Origin: Pasteurella multocida
GTDB taxonomy: Bacteria; Pseudomonadota; Gammaproteobacteria; Enterobacterales; Pasteurellaceae
Reading direction: 5' to 3'
Length of the DNA: 32,000 nt
NCBI RefSeq assembly: GCF_900187275.1
Contig: NZ_LT906458.1
Coordinates: forward strand, 1,800,001 to 1,832,000
Below are positions 14,295-22,069 of this stretch, one piece after another. A program made the position numbers and the translations under genes. Position 1 is the first letter of the stretch. The number at the start of each line of letters is the position of its first letter. Under the pieces are notes generated by a model. The model did not search any database and was not told where the DNA came from. It saw only the letters and a list, made by a program, of their open reading frames with translations.

Positions 14295-17200
14295 ATGCCA
14301 AAACGTACAGATATAAACACCATATTAATCATCGGCGCAGGTCCGATTGTGATTGGGCAAGCGTGTGAGTTTGACTATTCGGGGGCGCAGGCGTGTAAAG
14401 CGTTGCGAGAAGAAGGCTATAAAGTGGTATTGGTGAACTCTAACCCCGCCACCATCATGACCGATCCCGATATGGCGGATGTGACCTATATTGAGCCGAT
14501 AGAGTGGCGAACAGTTGAAAAAATCATCGAAAAAGAGCGTCCAGATGCCATTTTACCCACCATGGGTGGACAAACCGCATTAAACTGTGCGTTGGATTTA
14601 TCCAAAAACGGCGTGTTGAAAAAATACAATGTCGAGCTGATTGGGGCAAAAGAAGATGCCATTGATAAAGCAGAGGACCGTGGGCGTTTCAAAGAGGCAA
14701 TGGAAAAAATCGGTTTAAGTACACCAAAATCCTTTGTTTGTCATACCTTGGAAGAGGCATGGGCGGCACAATCTGAAGTGGGTTTCCCGACTTTGATTCG
14801 TCCGTCTTTTACTATGGGCGGTTCTGGTGGCGGGATTGCGTATAACAAAGATGAATTTTATGCCATTTGTGAACGAGGATTTGATGCTTCACCGACCCAT
14901 GAATTACTCATTGAACAATCTGTATTAGGTTGGAAAGAATATGAAATGGAAGTAGTACGCGATAAAGCAGATAACTGCATTATCGTATGTTCGATTGAAA
15001 ACTTCGATCCAATGGGCGTACATACAGGGGATTCGATCACCGTTGCACCAGCACAAACCTTAACCGATAAAGAATACCAGATCATGCGTAACGCCTCGAT
15101 TGCGGTATTACGTGAAATCGGCGTAGATACGGGAGGATCAAACGTCCAATTTGCGATTAATCCAGAAAATGGAGAAATGATCGTGATTGAAATGAACCCA
15201 CGTGTTAGCCGGTCTTCCGCCCTTGCTTCCAAAGCAACGGGGTTCCCTATTGCCAAGGTAGCAGCGAAATTAGCCGTCGGTTACACCTTAAACGAACTCC
15301 GTAATGATATTACGGGAGGATTAATTCCTGCGTCCTTTGAGCCTTCTATTGACTATGTTGTGACGAAAGTCCCACGTTTTGCGTTTGAGAAATTCCCACA
15401 AGCGGATGATCGCTTAACCACACAAATGAAATCAGTGGGGGAAGTGATGGCAATGGGACGTACTTTCCAAGAATCCTTACAAAAAGCCTTACGTGGTTTA
15501 GAAACAGGCATTTGTGGCTTTAATTTAATGTCAGAAGAGCCGGAAAAAATTCGTCAAGAATTGGGTAATCCGGGACCTATCCGTATTCTTTATGTTGCAG
15601 ACGCGTTTGGTGCAGGCTTCACTTTAGACGAAGTCCATCATTACAGTAAAATTGATCCATGGTTCTTAATCCAAATTCAAGATTTGGTGCTAGAAGAACT
15701 TGCCCTTGAGAAGCGTACATTAGATGATCTGGATTATGCCGAGCTTCGTCGTTTAAAGCGCAAAGGCTTCTCAGATAAACGTATTGCTCAACTGACTAAA
15801 TCAGCGGAAAGTGCGGTCAGAAATAAGCGCGTTTCTTTAAACTTACACCCTGTTTATAAGCGAGTGGATACTTGTGCGGGTGAGTTTACCTCGGATACCG
15901 CCTATTTATATTCCACTTACGAGGAAGAATGTGAAAGCCGTCCGTCAGATAAGAAAAAAATCATGATTTTAGGTGGGGGACCGAACCGGATTGGACAAGG
16001 CATTGAATTCGATTATTGCTGTGTACACGCCTCACTTGCTCTACGTGAAGCGGGTTTTGAAACCATTATGGTGAACTGTAACCCAGAAACCGTATCGACG
16101 GATTTTGATACCTCTGATCGTCTTTATTTTGAGCCATTGACGCTAGAAGATGTCCTTGAAATTATCCATGTAGAAAAACCACATGGCGTGATTGTGCATT
16201 ATGGTGGTCAAACACCACTTAAACTTGCCAATGATCTACATGCCAATGGTGTGAACATTATTGGGACATCCGCAGACAGCATTGATGCGGCAGAAGACCG
16301 TGAACGTTTCCAACAAATTTTGCATAAATTACATCTGAAACAACCAACCAACCGCACAGCACGCAATGCGGAAGAAGCGGTGAAACTCGCTGAAGAAGTA
16401 GGCTATCCGTTGGTGGTGCGTCCGTCTTATGTGTTAGGTGGGCGAGCGATGCAAATCGTGTATAACGTGGATGAATTACAGCGTTATATGCGTGAGGCAG
16501 TGTCAGTGTCTAACGACAGTCCAATTTTATTGGATCACTTCTTAAATAATGCGATTGAAGTGGATGTGGATTGTATCTGTGACGGTGCGGAGGTCGTGAT
16601 CGGTGGGATTATGCAACATATTGAACAAGCGGGTATTCACAGTGGGGATTCCGCTTGCTCGTTACCCCCTTATTCCTTAAGCCAAGAGGTGCAAGATGAA
16701 ATCCGTCGTCAAACGGCAGAGATGGCATTTGCGTTAGGGGTGAAAGGGTTAATGAACGTACAATTTGCGGTACAAGACGGCGTGATTTATGTATTAGAAG
16801 TCAATCCACGTGCAAGTCGAACGGTTCCTTTTGTGAGTAAAGCAACAGGGCGCCCACTTGCCAAAATTGCGGCACGTGTGATGGCGGGTGAAAGCCTGAA
16901 AGCACAGGGTATTCAAGGGGAAGTGATTCCACCATTCTATTCGGTGAAAGAAGCCGTCTTCCCATTCATCAAATTCCCGGGCGTCGATACGGTGTTAGGT
17001 CCTGAAATGCGTTCAACCGGTGAAGTGATGGGCGTGGGGACAACCTTTGCTGAAGCGTTCTTAAAAGCCCAGCTTGGTGCCAACGAACGTATTCCAAAAA
17101 CCGGTAAAGTGTTTTTGTCGGTGAATGATGCAGATAAACCACGTTTATTACCTATTGCACGTCAATTACAAGAATCAGGTTATGGCTTATGTGCGACTTT

Positions 17201-17501
17201 AGGTACGGCAAAATTCCTGCGTGAGCACGGTGTTGCGGTACAAATTATTAATAAAGTGCGTGAAGGTCGCCCGAATATTGTTGACGCGATTAAAAATGGT
17301 GAAATTGCTATGGTGATCAATACGGTGAGCGGCTTAGCTGAAACCGTAACGGATGGACACGCCATTCGTCGCAGTGCGTTGCAACAAAAAGTATTTTTAC
17401 AAACTACCCTTGCGGGGGCGGAAGCCTTAGCGGGCAGTGTGGAATACCTTGCTGATTCTGAAGTGTATTCGTTACAGGATTTACACCAACGTTTACTGTA
17501 A
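14295..17501 (+). CDS. carB: Carbamoyl-phosphate synthase large subunit
   Basis: 1068 aa; [42 protein letters not shown] and duplicated ATP-grasp halves. Confidence 0.98.
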   Translation: MPKRTDINTILIIGAGPIVIGQACEFDYSGAQACKALREEGYKVVLVNSNPATIMTDPDMADVTYIEPIEWRTVEKIIEKERPDAILPTMGGQTALNCALDLSKNGVLKKYNVELIGAKEDAIDKAEDRGRFKEAMEKIGLSTPKSFVCHTLEEAWAAQSEVGFPTLIRPSFTMGGSGGGIAYNKDEFYAICERGFDASPTHELLIEQSVLGWKEYEMEVVRDKADNCIIVCSIENFDPMGVHTGDSITVAPAQTLTDKEYQIMRNASIAVLREIGVDTGGSNVQFAINPENGEMIVIEMNPRVSRSSALASKATGFPIAKVAAKLAVGYTLNELRNDITGGLIPASFEPSIDYVVTKVPRFAFEKFPQADDRLTTQMKSVGEVMAMGRTFQESLQKALRGLETGICGFNLMSEEPEKIRQELGNPGPIRILYVADAFGAGFTLDEVHHYSKIDPWFLIQIQDLVLEELALEKRTLDDLDYAELRRLKRKGFSDKRIAQLTKSAESAVRNKRVSLNLHPVYKRVDTCAGEFTSDTAYLYSTYEEECESRPSDKKKIMILGGGPNRIGQGIEFDYCCVHASLALREAGFETIMVNCNPETVSTDFDTSDRLYFEPLTLEDVLEIIHVEKPHGVIVHYGGQTPLKLANDLHANGVNIIGTSADSIDAAEDRERFQQILHKLHLKQPTNRTARNAEEAVKLAEEVGYPLVVRPSYVLGGRAMQIVYNVDELQRYMREAVSVSNDSPILLDHFLNNAIEVDVDCICDGAEVVIGGIMQHIEQAGIHSGDSACSLPPYSLSQEVQDEIRRQTAEMAFALGVKGLMNVQFAVQDGVIYVLEVNPRASRTVPFVSKATGRPLAKIAARVMAGESLKAQGIQGEVIPPFYSVKEAVFPFIKFPGVDTVLGPEMRSTGEVMGVGTTFAEAFLKAQLGANERIPKTGKVFLSVNDADKPRLLPIARQLQESGYGLCATLGTAKFLREHGVAVQIINKVREGRPNIVDAIKNGEIAMVINTVSGLAETVTDGHAIRRSALQQKVFLQTTLAGAEALAGSVEYLADSEVYSLQDLHQRLL

Positions 17502-17513
17502 TCGACTGTGGAT

Positions 17514-17547
17514 AAAAAAGTGCGGTAAAAAGGACCGCACTTTTTTT
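17514..17547 (+). terminator. carB terminator built from an inverted pair of uptake signal sequences
   Basis: AAAGTGCGGT (17517-17526) and ACCGCACTTT (17534-17543), then a T-run. Confidence 0.85.
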
Positions 17548-17563
17548 AAGTTGAGTTTCATAA

Positions 17564-17591
17564 AAAAATCGGGACAATTGTCCCGATTTTT
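17564..17591. terminator. Second hairpin, likely bidirectional terminator
   Basis: AAAAATCGGGAC-AATT-GTCCCGATTTTT perfect palindrome. Confidence 0.75.
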
Positions 17592-17679
17592 CTTGATTAT
17601 AGCTAGACAAAGTCTAGCTATAAAAACCATACGCTTTGCGTATGGAACAGAAAAGCTTAAGCGGTGAGCAGAACAAAAC

Positions 17680-17731
17680 ATCCTCCTATAATGAACAAGG
17701 CTGACAACCAAAATTCAACATATAGGAGGAT
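17680..17731 (+). promoter_or_regulatory. Inverted repeat that can sequester the tnpA ribosome binding site
   Basis: ATCCTCCTATA (17680-17690) is the exact reverse complement of TATAGGAGGAT (17721-17731), which contains the AGGAGG Shine-Dalgarno 7 nt before ATG 17737. Confidence 0.7.
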
Positions 17732-17736
17732 AAGTC

Positions 17737-18201
17737 ATGGCAAGTAAATCCAATGACGATTCAAGTCTATCACACACAAGATGGAACTGTAAGTACCACA
17801 TAGTCTTTATCCCTAAGTATAGGAGAAAAGCAATTTATGGAAAATTGCGAGTTGATATAGGAGGGATACTAAGACAATTATGTCACTACAAGAATGTAGA
17901 GATAATAGAGGCATATGCAATGAAAGAGCATATCCATATGCTGTTAAGGATACCTCCGAAACTGGCCGTTTCAAGTTTTATGGGGTATTTAAAAGGTAAG
18001 TCATCGCTAATGATATTTGAAAGACATGCAAATTTGAAATATAAGTATGGGAATCGAAATTTTTGGGCGAAAGGCTATTATGTAAGTACAGTAGGTTTAA
18101 ATACAAAAATTGTAGAGGAATATATCCGAAATCAGGAAAAGGAAGATATGATTCAGGATAATTTATCGAAGAAAGAATATATGGACCCCTTTAAGGGGTA
18201 G
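17737..18201 (+). CDS. tnpA: IS200-type Y1 transposase TnpA
   Basis: 154 aa; HTRWNCKYHIVFIPKYRRKAIYGKLR, AYAMKEHIHMLLRIPPK (HUH), SFMGYLKGKSSLMIFE, FWAKGYYVSTVGLNTKIVEEYIRNQ. Confidence 0.96.
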   Translation: MASKSNDDSSLSHTRWNCKYHIVFIPKYRRKAIYGKLRVDIGGILRQLCHYKNVEIIEAYAMKEHIHMLLRIPPKLAVSSFMGYLKGKSSLMIFERHANLKYKYGNRNFWAKGYYVSTVGLNTKIVEEYIRNQEKEDMIQDNLSKKEYMDPFKG

Positions 18202-18288
18202 GCAACAGAGTTATTGAACGGTTGTCAGAATTCACATGCCCCTTGAGGGGCATGTGAAGTACTAGGCCCTTATAGGGTGGCCTAAAAA

Positions 18289-18312
18289 CCGCCCGTTTTA
18301 CGGGCGGATTGT
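18289..18312 (-). terminator. gpmA terminator
   Basis: CCGCCCG-TTTTA-CGGGCGG; on the minus strand it is followed by TTTTTA. Confidence 0.8.
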
Positions 18313-18321
18313 TATTTTCAA

Positions 18322-19005
18322 TTAAAGGTAGTATTTTTCCACGACTTTTAAATTGTCATCTAATTTATACACTAATGGCTGACCGGTTGGGATTTCTAAA
18401 TCCATGATGTCTGCATCAGAAATGCCTTCAATGTGTTTTGCCAATGCGCGTAATGAGTTACCGTGTGCTGTCACAAGGACACGTTTACCCGCCAGTAAAG
18501 CTGGGGCAATTTGGTCTTCCCAGAAAGGTAAAACACGCTCAAGGGTGATTTTTAAGTTTTCTGCATCAGGTACCACATCGCTTGGTAAGTGAGCATAACG
18601 ACGGTCGTTATGGGCAGAATGAGGATCTTGTGGATCTAAATCTGGAGGAGAAATATCGTAAGAACGACGCCAAATATGGACTTGCTCATCACCATATTGT
18701 TCAGCAGTGGCTTTTTTATCTAAGCCTTGTAATGCACCGTAATGACGCTCATTTAAACGCCAGTTTTTCACTTGTGGGATCCAAAGTTGGTTAGATTCTT
18801 CTAACACAATGTTACAGGTTTTGATTGCACGCGTTAAAACAGACGTGAAAGCAATATCAAATTCAAAACCGGCTTCGAGTAATTTTTTGCCTGCTGATTT
18901 TGCTTCTTCAATACCGCGTTCTGTTAAGTTGACATCACGCCAACCTGTGAATAGGTTTTTGGCATTCCACTCACTGAAACCGTGGCGAATAAAGACCAAT
19001 TCCAT
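18322..19005 (-). CDS. gpmA: 2,3-bisphosphoglycerate-dependent phosphoglycerate mutase
   Basis: [31 protein letters not shown]...[12 protein letters not shown]; ATG at 19005 preceded by GAGGAG. Confidence 0.96.
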   Translation of the reverse strand: MELVFIRHGFSEWNAKNLFTGWRDVNLTERGIEEAKSAGKKLLEAGFEFDIAFTSVLTRAIKTCNIVLEESNQLWIPQVKNWRLNERHYGALQGLDKKATAEQYGDEQVHIWRRSYDISPPDLDPQDPHSAHNDRRYAHLPSDVVPDAENLKITLERVLPFWEDQIAPALLAGKRVLVTAHGNSLRALAKHIEGISDADIMDLEIPTGQPLVYKLDDNLKVVEKYYL

Positions 19006-19187
19006 AAAAAATCTCCTCAATGTTAATAAAAAAACTATGGCAAGTTATAGCAAAAAACAGCCGGCTTTAAAAGGGAAATACTTTGCTTTTCTGATCTGTC
19101 GCAAAAATTTAATGAAAAATTAGATTTAGAGCCCTTGCTCAAATAATGTTATATTTAATCAACGTGATTTTAACGGAAGGTTTTGCA

Positions 19188-20417
19188 ATGTGGTTGAGAT
19201 TGAATAACGTGAAAACTCGAAGAAAACTCACCGCACTTTGTTGCGGCTTATTGTGCATGTCGGTCAATGTGTTTGCTAATGATTTATCTAAAATTCAACA
19301 ACAAATCAAACAGCAAGAACAAAAAATTGCTGAGCAAAAGAAAGCGCAGCAAAAATTACAATCACATTTAAAAAATCAAGAAACCCAAATTAATCAAGTC
19401 ATAACACAGCTACGTCAAACGGAAACAGATCTAAAAGAAAGTCGCAAAATGATTAGCGACACAGAAAAGCAAATCCAGCGCTTAGAGAAGCAAGAACGTG
19501 AGCAAAAACAAAAATTGGCTGAACAATTAGACTCAGCTTACCGTTCGGCGGCTAATCCTTCCGCACTAGAGCGCATGCTGTCCGAGGAGGCAAAAAATGC
19601 CGATCGTCTTAAACAGTACTATGCCCATATGAACCAAGCGCGTTTGGCGTTAATTGATGATCTCAAAGCGACACAAACGCAATTAGCACAAGAAAAAGCC
19701 ACGATGATTGCTCAACAAAAAGCGCAACAGAGCCAATTATCGCAACAGAAAAAACAGCAGCAAGATCTGCAAAAAGTGCAACAAGAGCGACAGTCCACGT
19801 TAAAACAATTAAATCGAAATTTATCGCGTGATGAAACCCGCTTGGAAACCCTACGAGCTAATGAAAATGCCCTACGTCAAGAGATTCAACGCGCAGAACA
19901 AGCGGCACGCCAGCAGGAGCAGCGTGAGCGTGAAGCTTACGCACAAAAAAAGCAAGCAGAAGAAAAGAAAACGCAAAAACCGTATCAGCCGACAGCACAA
20001 GAAAAGCAATTAATGGCAAGCTCAAGTGGTTTGGGTAAGCCGAATAAGCAATACGCTTACCCTGTTTCAGGCAAATTATTAAATAGTTTTGGTGCAACCC
20101 AAATGGGCGAATTGCGCTGGAAGGGAATGGTCATTGGCGCGAATGCGGGTACCGCAGTGAAGAGTATCGCAGATGGACGCGTAATTTTAGCAAACTGGCT
20201 ACAAGGCTACGGGCTCATGGTGATTATCAAGCATGGTGAAAATGATTTAAGTCTTTATGGCTATAATCAGTCTGTGGTTGTCAAAGAGGGACAATTTGTC
20301 AAAGCCGGTCAGAAAATTGCTGAAGTTGGTAGTAGTGGTGGACAATCACAATCCTCCTTGTATTTTGAAATTCGTCGTAAAGGGGTGGCTGTGAATCCAA
20401 TAGGTTGGTTGAAATGA
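19188..20417 (+). CDS. envC: Murein hydrolase activator EnvC (coiled coil plus LytM/M23 domain)
   Basis: Signal peptide, long Q/K/E coiled coil, C-terminal M23-like domain (VIKHGENDLSLYGYNQSVVVKEGQFVKAGQKIAEVGSSGGQSQSSLYFEIRRKGVAVNP). Start chosen at ATG 19188 with GGAAGG upstream. Confidence 0.93.
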   Translation: MWLRLNNVKTRRKLTALCCGLLCMSVNVFANDLSKIQQQIKQQEQKIAEQKKAQQKLQSHLKNQETQINQVITQLRQTETDLKESRKMISDTEKQIQRLEKQEREQKQKLAEQLDSAYRSAANPSALERMLSEEAKNADRLKQYYAHMNQARLALIDDLKATQTQLAQEKATMIAQQKAQQSQLSQQKKQQQDLQKVQQERQSTLKQLNRNLSRDETRLETLRANENALRQEIQRAEQAARQQEQREREAYAQKKQAEEKKTQKPYQPTAQEKQLMASSSGLGKPNKQYAYPVSGKLLNSFGATQMGELRWKGMVIGANAGTAVKSIADGRVILANWLQGYGLMVIIKHGENDLSLYGYNQSVVVKEGQFVKAGQKIAEVGSSGGQSQSSLYFEIRRKGVAVNPIGWLK

Positions 20418-21256
20418 AAACAATTGGCGTCAAAAGGGTGAAAAGTGCGCTACTTTTTGGGGGCTTTTGGATCAGCATGGCGTTGGCACAGCCTGCCAAG
20501 TTAGCCATTGTGATCGATGATATTGGGTATCACCAGAAAGAAGACGCACAAATTTATGCGCTACCAAAAGAAATTTCGGTGGCAATTATCCCGTCTGCTC
20601 CACATGCTCGCCAACGTAATGAACAAGCCTATCAACAAGGTCGTGATATTTTAATCCATATGCCCATGCAACCGTTAAGTCATCAGCGCATTGAAGCGGG
20701 AGGATTACATGTTGGCATGCGCCAAGAGGACGTACAACAACGTGTGCAAACTGCCAAGGCGATTGTGTCTCATGCCATTGGCATGAATAATCACATGGGC
20801 AGTGCCGCGACTGCTGACGCGGAGTTAATGCGTAAATTAATGCAAGAACTGAAAGTGCAAGATTTGTTCTTTCTTGATAGCCGTACCATTGGACGCAGTG
20901 TGGCAGGCAAAATAGCCAAAGAGTACGGGGTACAAAGCCTCGATCGCCACATTTTTTTGGATGACAAAGACACTTATGCGGATGTTGAACGTCAATTTCA
21001 ACGTGCAGTGCATTATGCACAAAAGCACGGTACGGCAATCGCGATTGGTCATCCACGTAAAAATACAGTAGCCGTGTTACAAGCCGGATTAAAACATTTA
21101 CCCGATAATGTACAGTTAGTCGGCATGGGGCGTTTGTGGCGTAGTGAAACAGGGACGGCGCCGAAACCGCTTATTTCTCTCTTTAATACAATGCCAGCAC
21201 CAACATCGAGCATGCCTTATCAGGCTGTCCCAATGTTGAGAGGCATACCTCAATAA
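20414..21256 (+). CDS. Divergent polysaccharide deacetylase family protein (YibQ-like)
   Basis: KLAIVIDDIGYHQKEDAQIYALPKEISVAIIPSAPHA...ILIHMPMQP...FLDSRTIGRSVAGKIAKEYG; ATG 20414 overlaps the envC TGA. Confidence 0.88.
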   Translation: MKTIGVKRVKSALLFGGFWISMALAQPAKLAIVIDDIGYHQKEDAQIYALPKEISVAIIPSAPHARQRNEQAYQQGRDILIHMPMQPLSHQRIEAGGLHVGMRQEDVQQRVQTAKAIVSHAIGMNNHMGSAATADAELMRKLMQELKVQDLFFLDSRTIGRSVAGKIAKEYGVQSLDRHIFLDDKDTYADVERQFQRAVHYAQKHGTAIAIGHPRKNTVAVLQAGLKHLPDNVQLVGMGRLWRSETGTAPKPLISLFNTMPAPTSSMPYQAVPMLRGIPQ

Positions 21257-21276
21257 TTTCTTATTCAGGAGACTGC

Positions 21277-21963
21277 ATGAAACAAAAGTATCTTTTCATT
21301 GCCTCAATGGCATTAGCGGGTTGCGGGAGTATGTCAGAAAGCAACAAGTATTGGATCCAATATAAAGATATTGATCAGTCTGTCAAAGAAGTGAGTTTTT
21401 GGTCAAGAGAGCAGTTTCATTCTCCCTCTGATGTTAAGGGGACGGTTTATCAACGTGATAATTTGACTCATCTGGCGACATCAACGCCATTAGGCGAGAT
21501 TTACCACATTTATGATGTGAATCATATACCCATGAATGTGATTTTCCTCGATACGAAAACGCAGCGTTCATTGAATCCGCAGAATGCACAAGACATGGCT
21601 CAATTAAGTAAAGCAACTCAGTTTGATTTCTATGAGTTTGGCAAAGGACGTATTGCACACGCGGTATTTAGTGCTAAAACAGGACTTTGCCAGGATTTCA
21701 AATCAAAACGCGGTGTCGCATTAAAAATGGCGACAAATTACTATACCGATGACAGCTATAAAGGCTATTACGTCAGCGTTATTCATGCCATTATCCGACA
21801 CAATGGGCAACATACCGATTTCGCTTATACACCGGCGTTTTCGATTGCCGACACGAAAGCGCTTGCTATGACCCAAGCTTTAGAGAAACAAGATGGAGAG
21901 AGAGTGGCACAGATGAATTTAAAAGAAAAAGTCACGTTATTGACGAATATTGTGTGCCAATAG
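21277..21963 (+). CDS. Predicted lipoprotein, function unknown
   Basis: 228 aa with lipobox ALAGC after a short hydrophobic N-terminus; no family recognised by eye. Confidence 0.7.
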   Translation: MKQKYLFIASMALAGCGSMSESNKYWIQYKDIDQSVKEVSFWSREQFHSPSDVKGTVYQRDNLTHLATSTPLGEIYHIYDVNHIPMNVIFLDTKTQRSLNPQNAQDMAQLSKATQFDFYEFGKGRIAHAVFSAKTGLCQDFKSKRGVALKMATNYYTDDSYKGYYVSVIHAIIRHNGQHTDFAYTPAFSIADTKALAMTQALEKQDGERVAQMNLKEKVTLLTNIVCQ

Positions 21964-21977
21964 CGTTTTCAAAACAA

Positions 21978-22012
21978 GTGCGGTGCTTTTTAACGCTGTT
22001 TTGTCACCGCAC
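21978..22012. terminator. Possible hairpin containing one uptake signal sequence between convergent genes
   Basis: GTGCGGTG ... CACCGCAC with 19 nt between arms; no clean adjacent T-run. Confidence 0.35.
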
Positions 22013-22069
22013 GAGCATTGAATTCCCCTTTAAAATTAAAGCTTTTTCTATACTCAGGGGCGTGTGCAA

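Larger units (their letters stand above)
17598..18288 (+). mobile_element. IS200-like element (IS200/IS605 superfamily, tnpA only), approximate boundaries
   Basis: A Y1-type transposase ORF flanked by structured ends: hairpins at 17598-17622 (TATAGCTAGAC-AAA-GTCTAGCTATA), 17627-17645 (CCATACGC-TTT-GCGTATGG), 18233-18256 (CACATGCCCC-TTGA-GGGGCATGTG) and 18263-18284. Size about 0.7 kb, no long terminal inverted repeats. Exact ends not determined. Confidence 0.75.

Noticed and set aside
14486-17365. Antisense ORFs within carB (14486..14692, 14858..15256, 17180..17365)
   Set aside because: They are opposite a full-length, highly conserved gene and have no recognisable protein features.
17404-17711. 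Three short ORFs over the carB 3' end and IS left end
   Set aside because: Composed of hairpin/terminator and uptake-signal sequence (KKVRSFLPHFF-type repeats); no credible start signals.
19828-21056. Antisense ORFs opposite envC and the deacetylase gene (for example 19858..20097, 20586..21056) and 19828..20013
   Set aside because: They shadow well-supported genes; the 156 aa antisense frame lacks any plausible family features.
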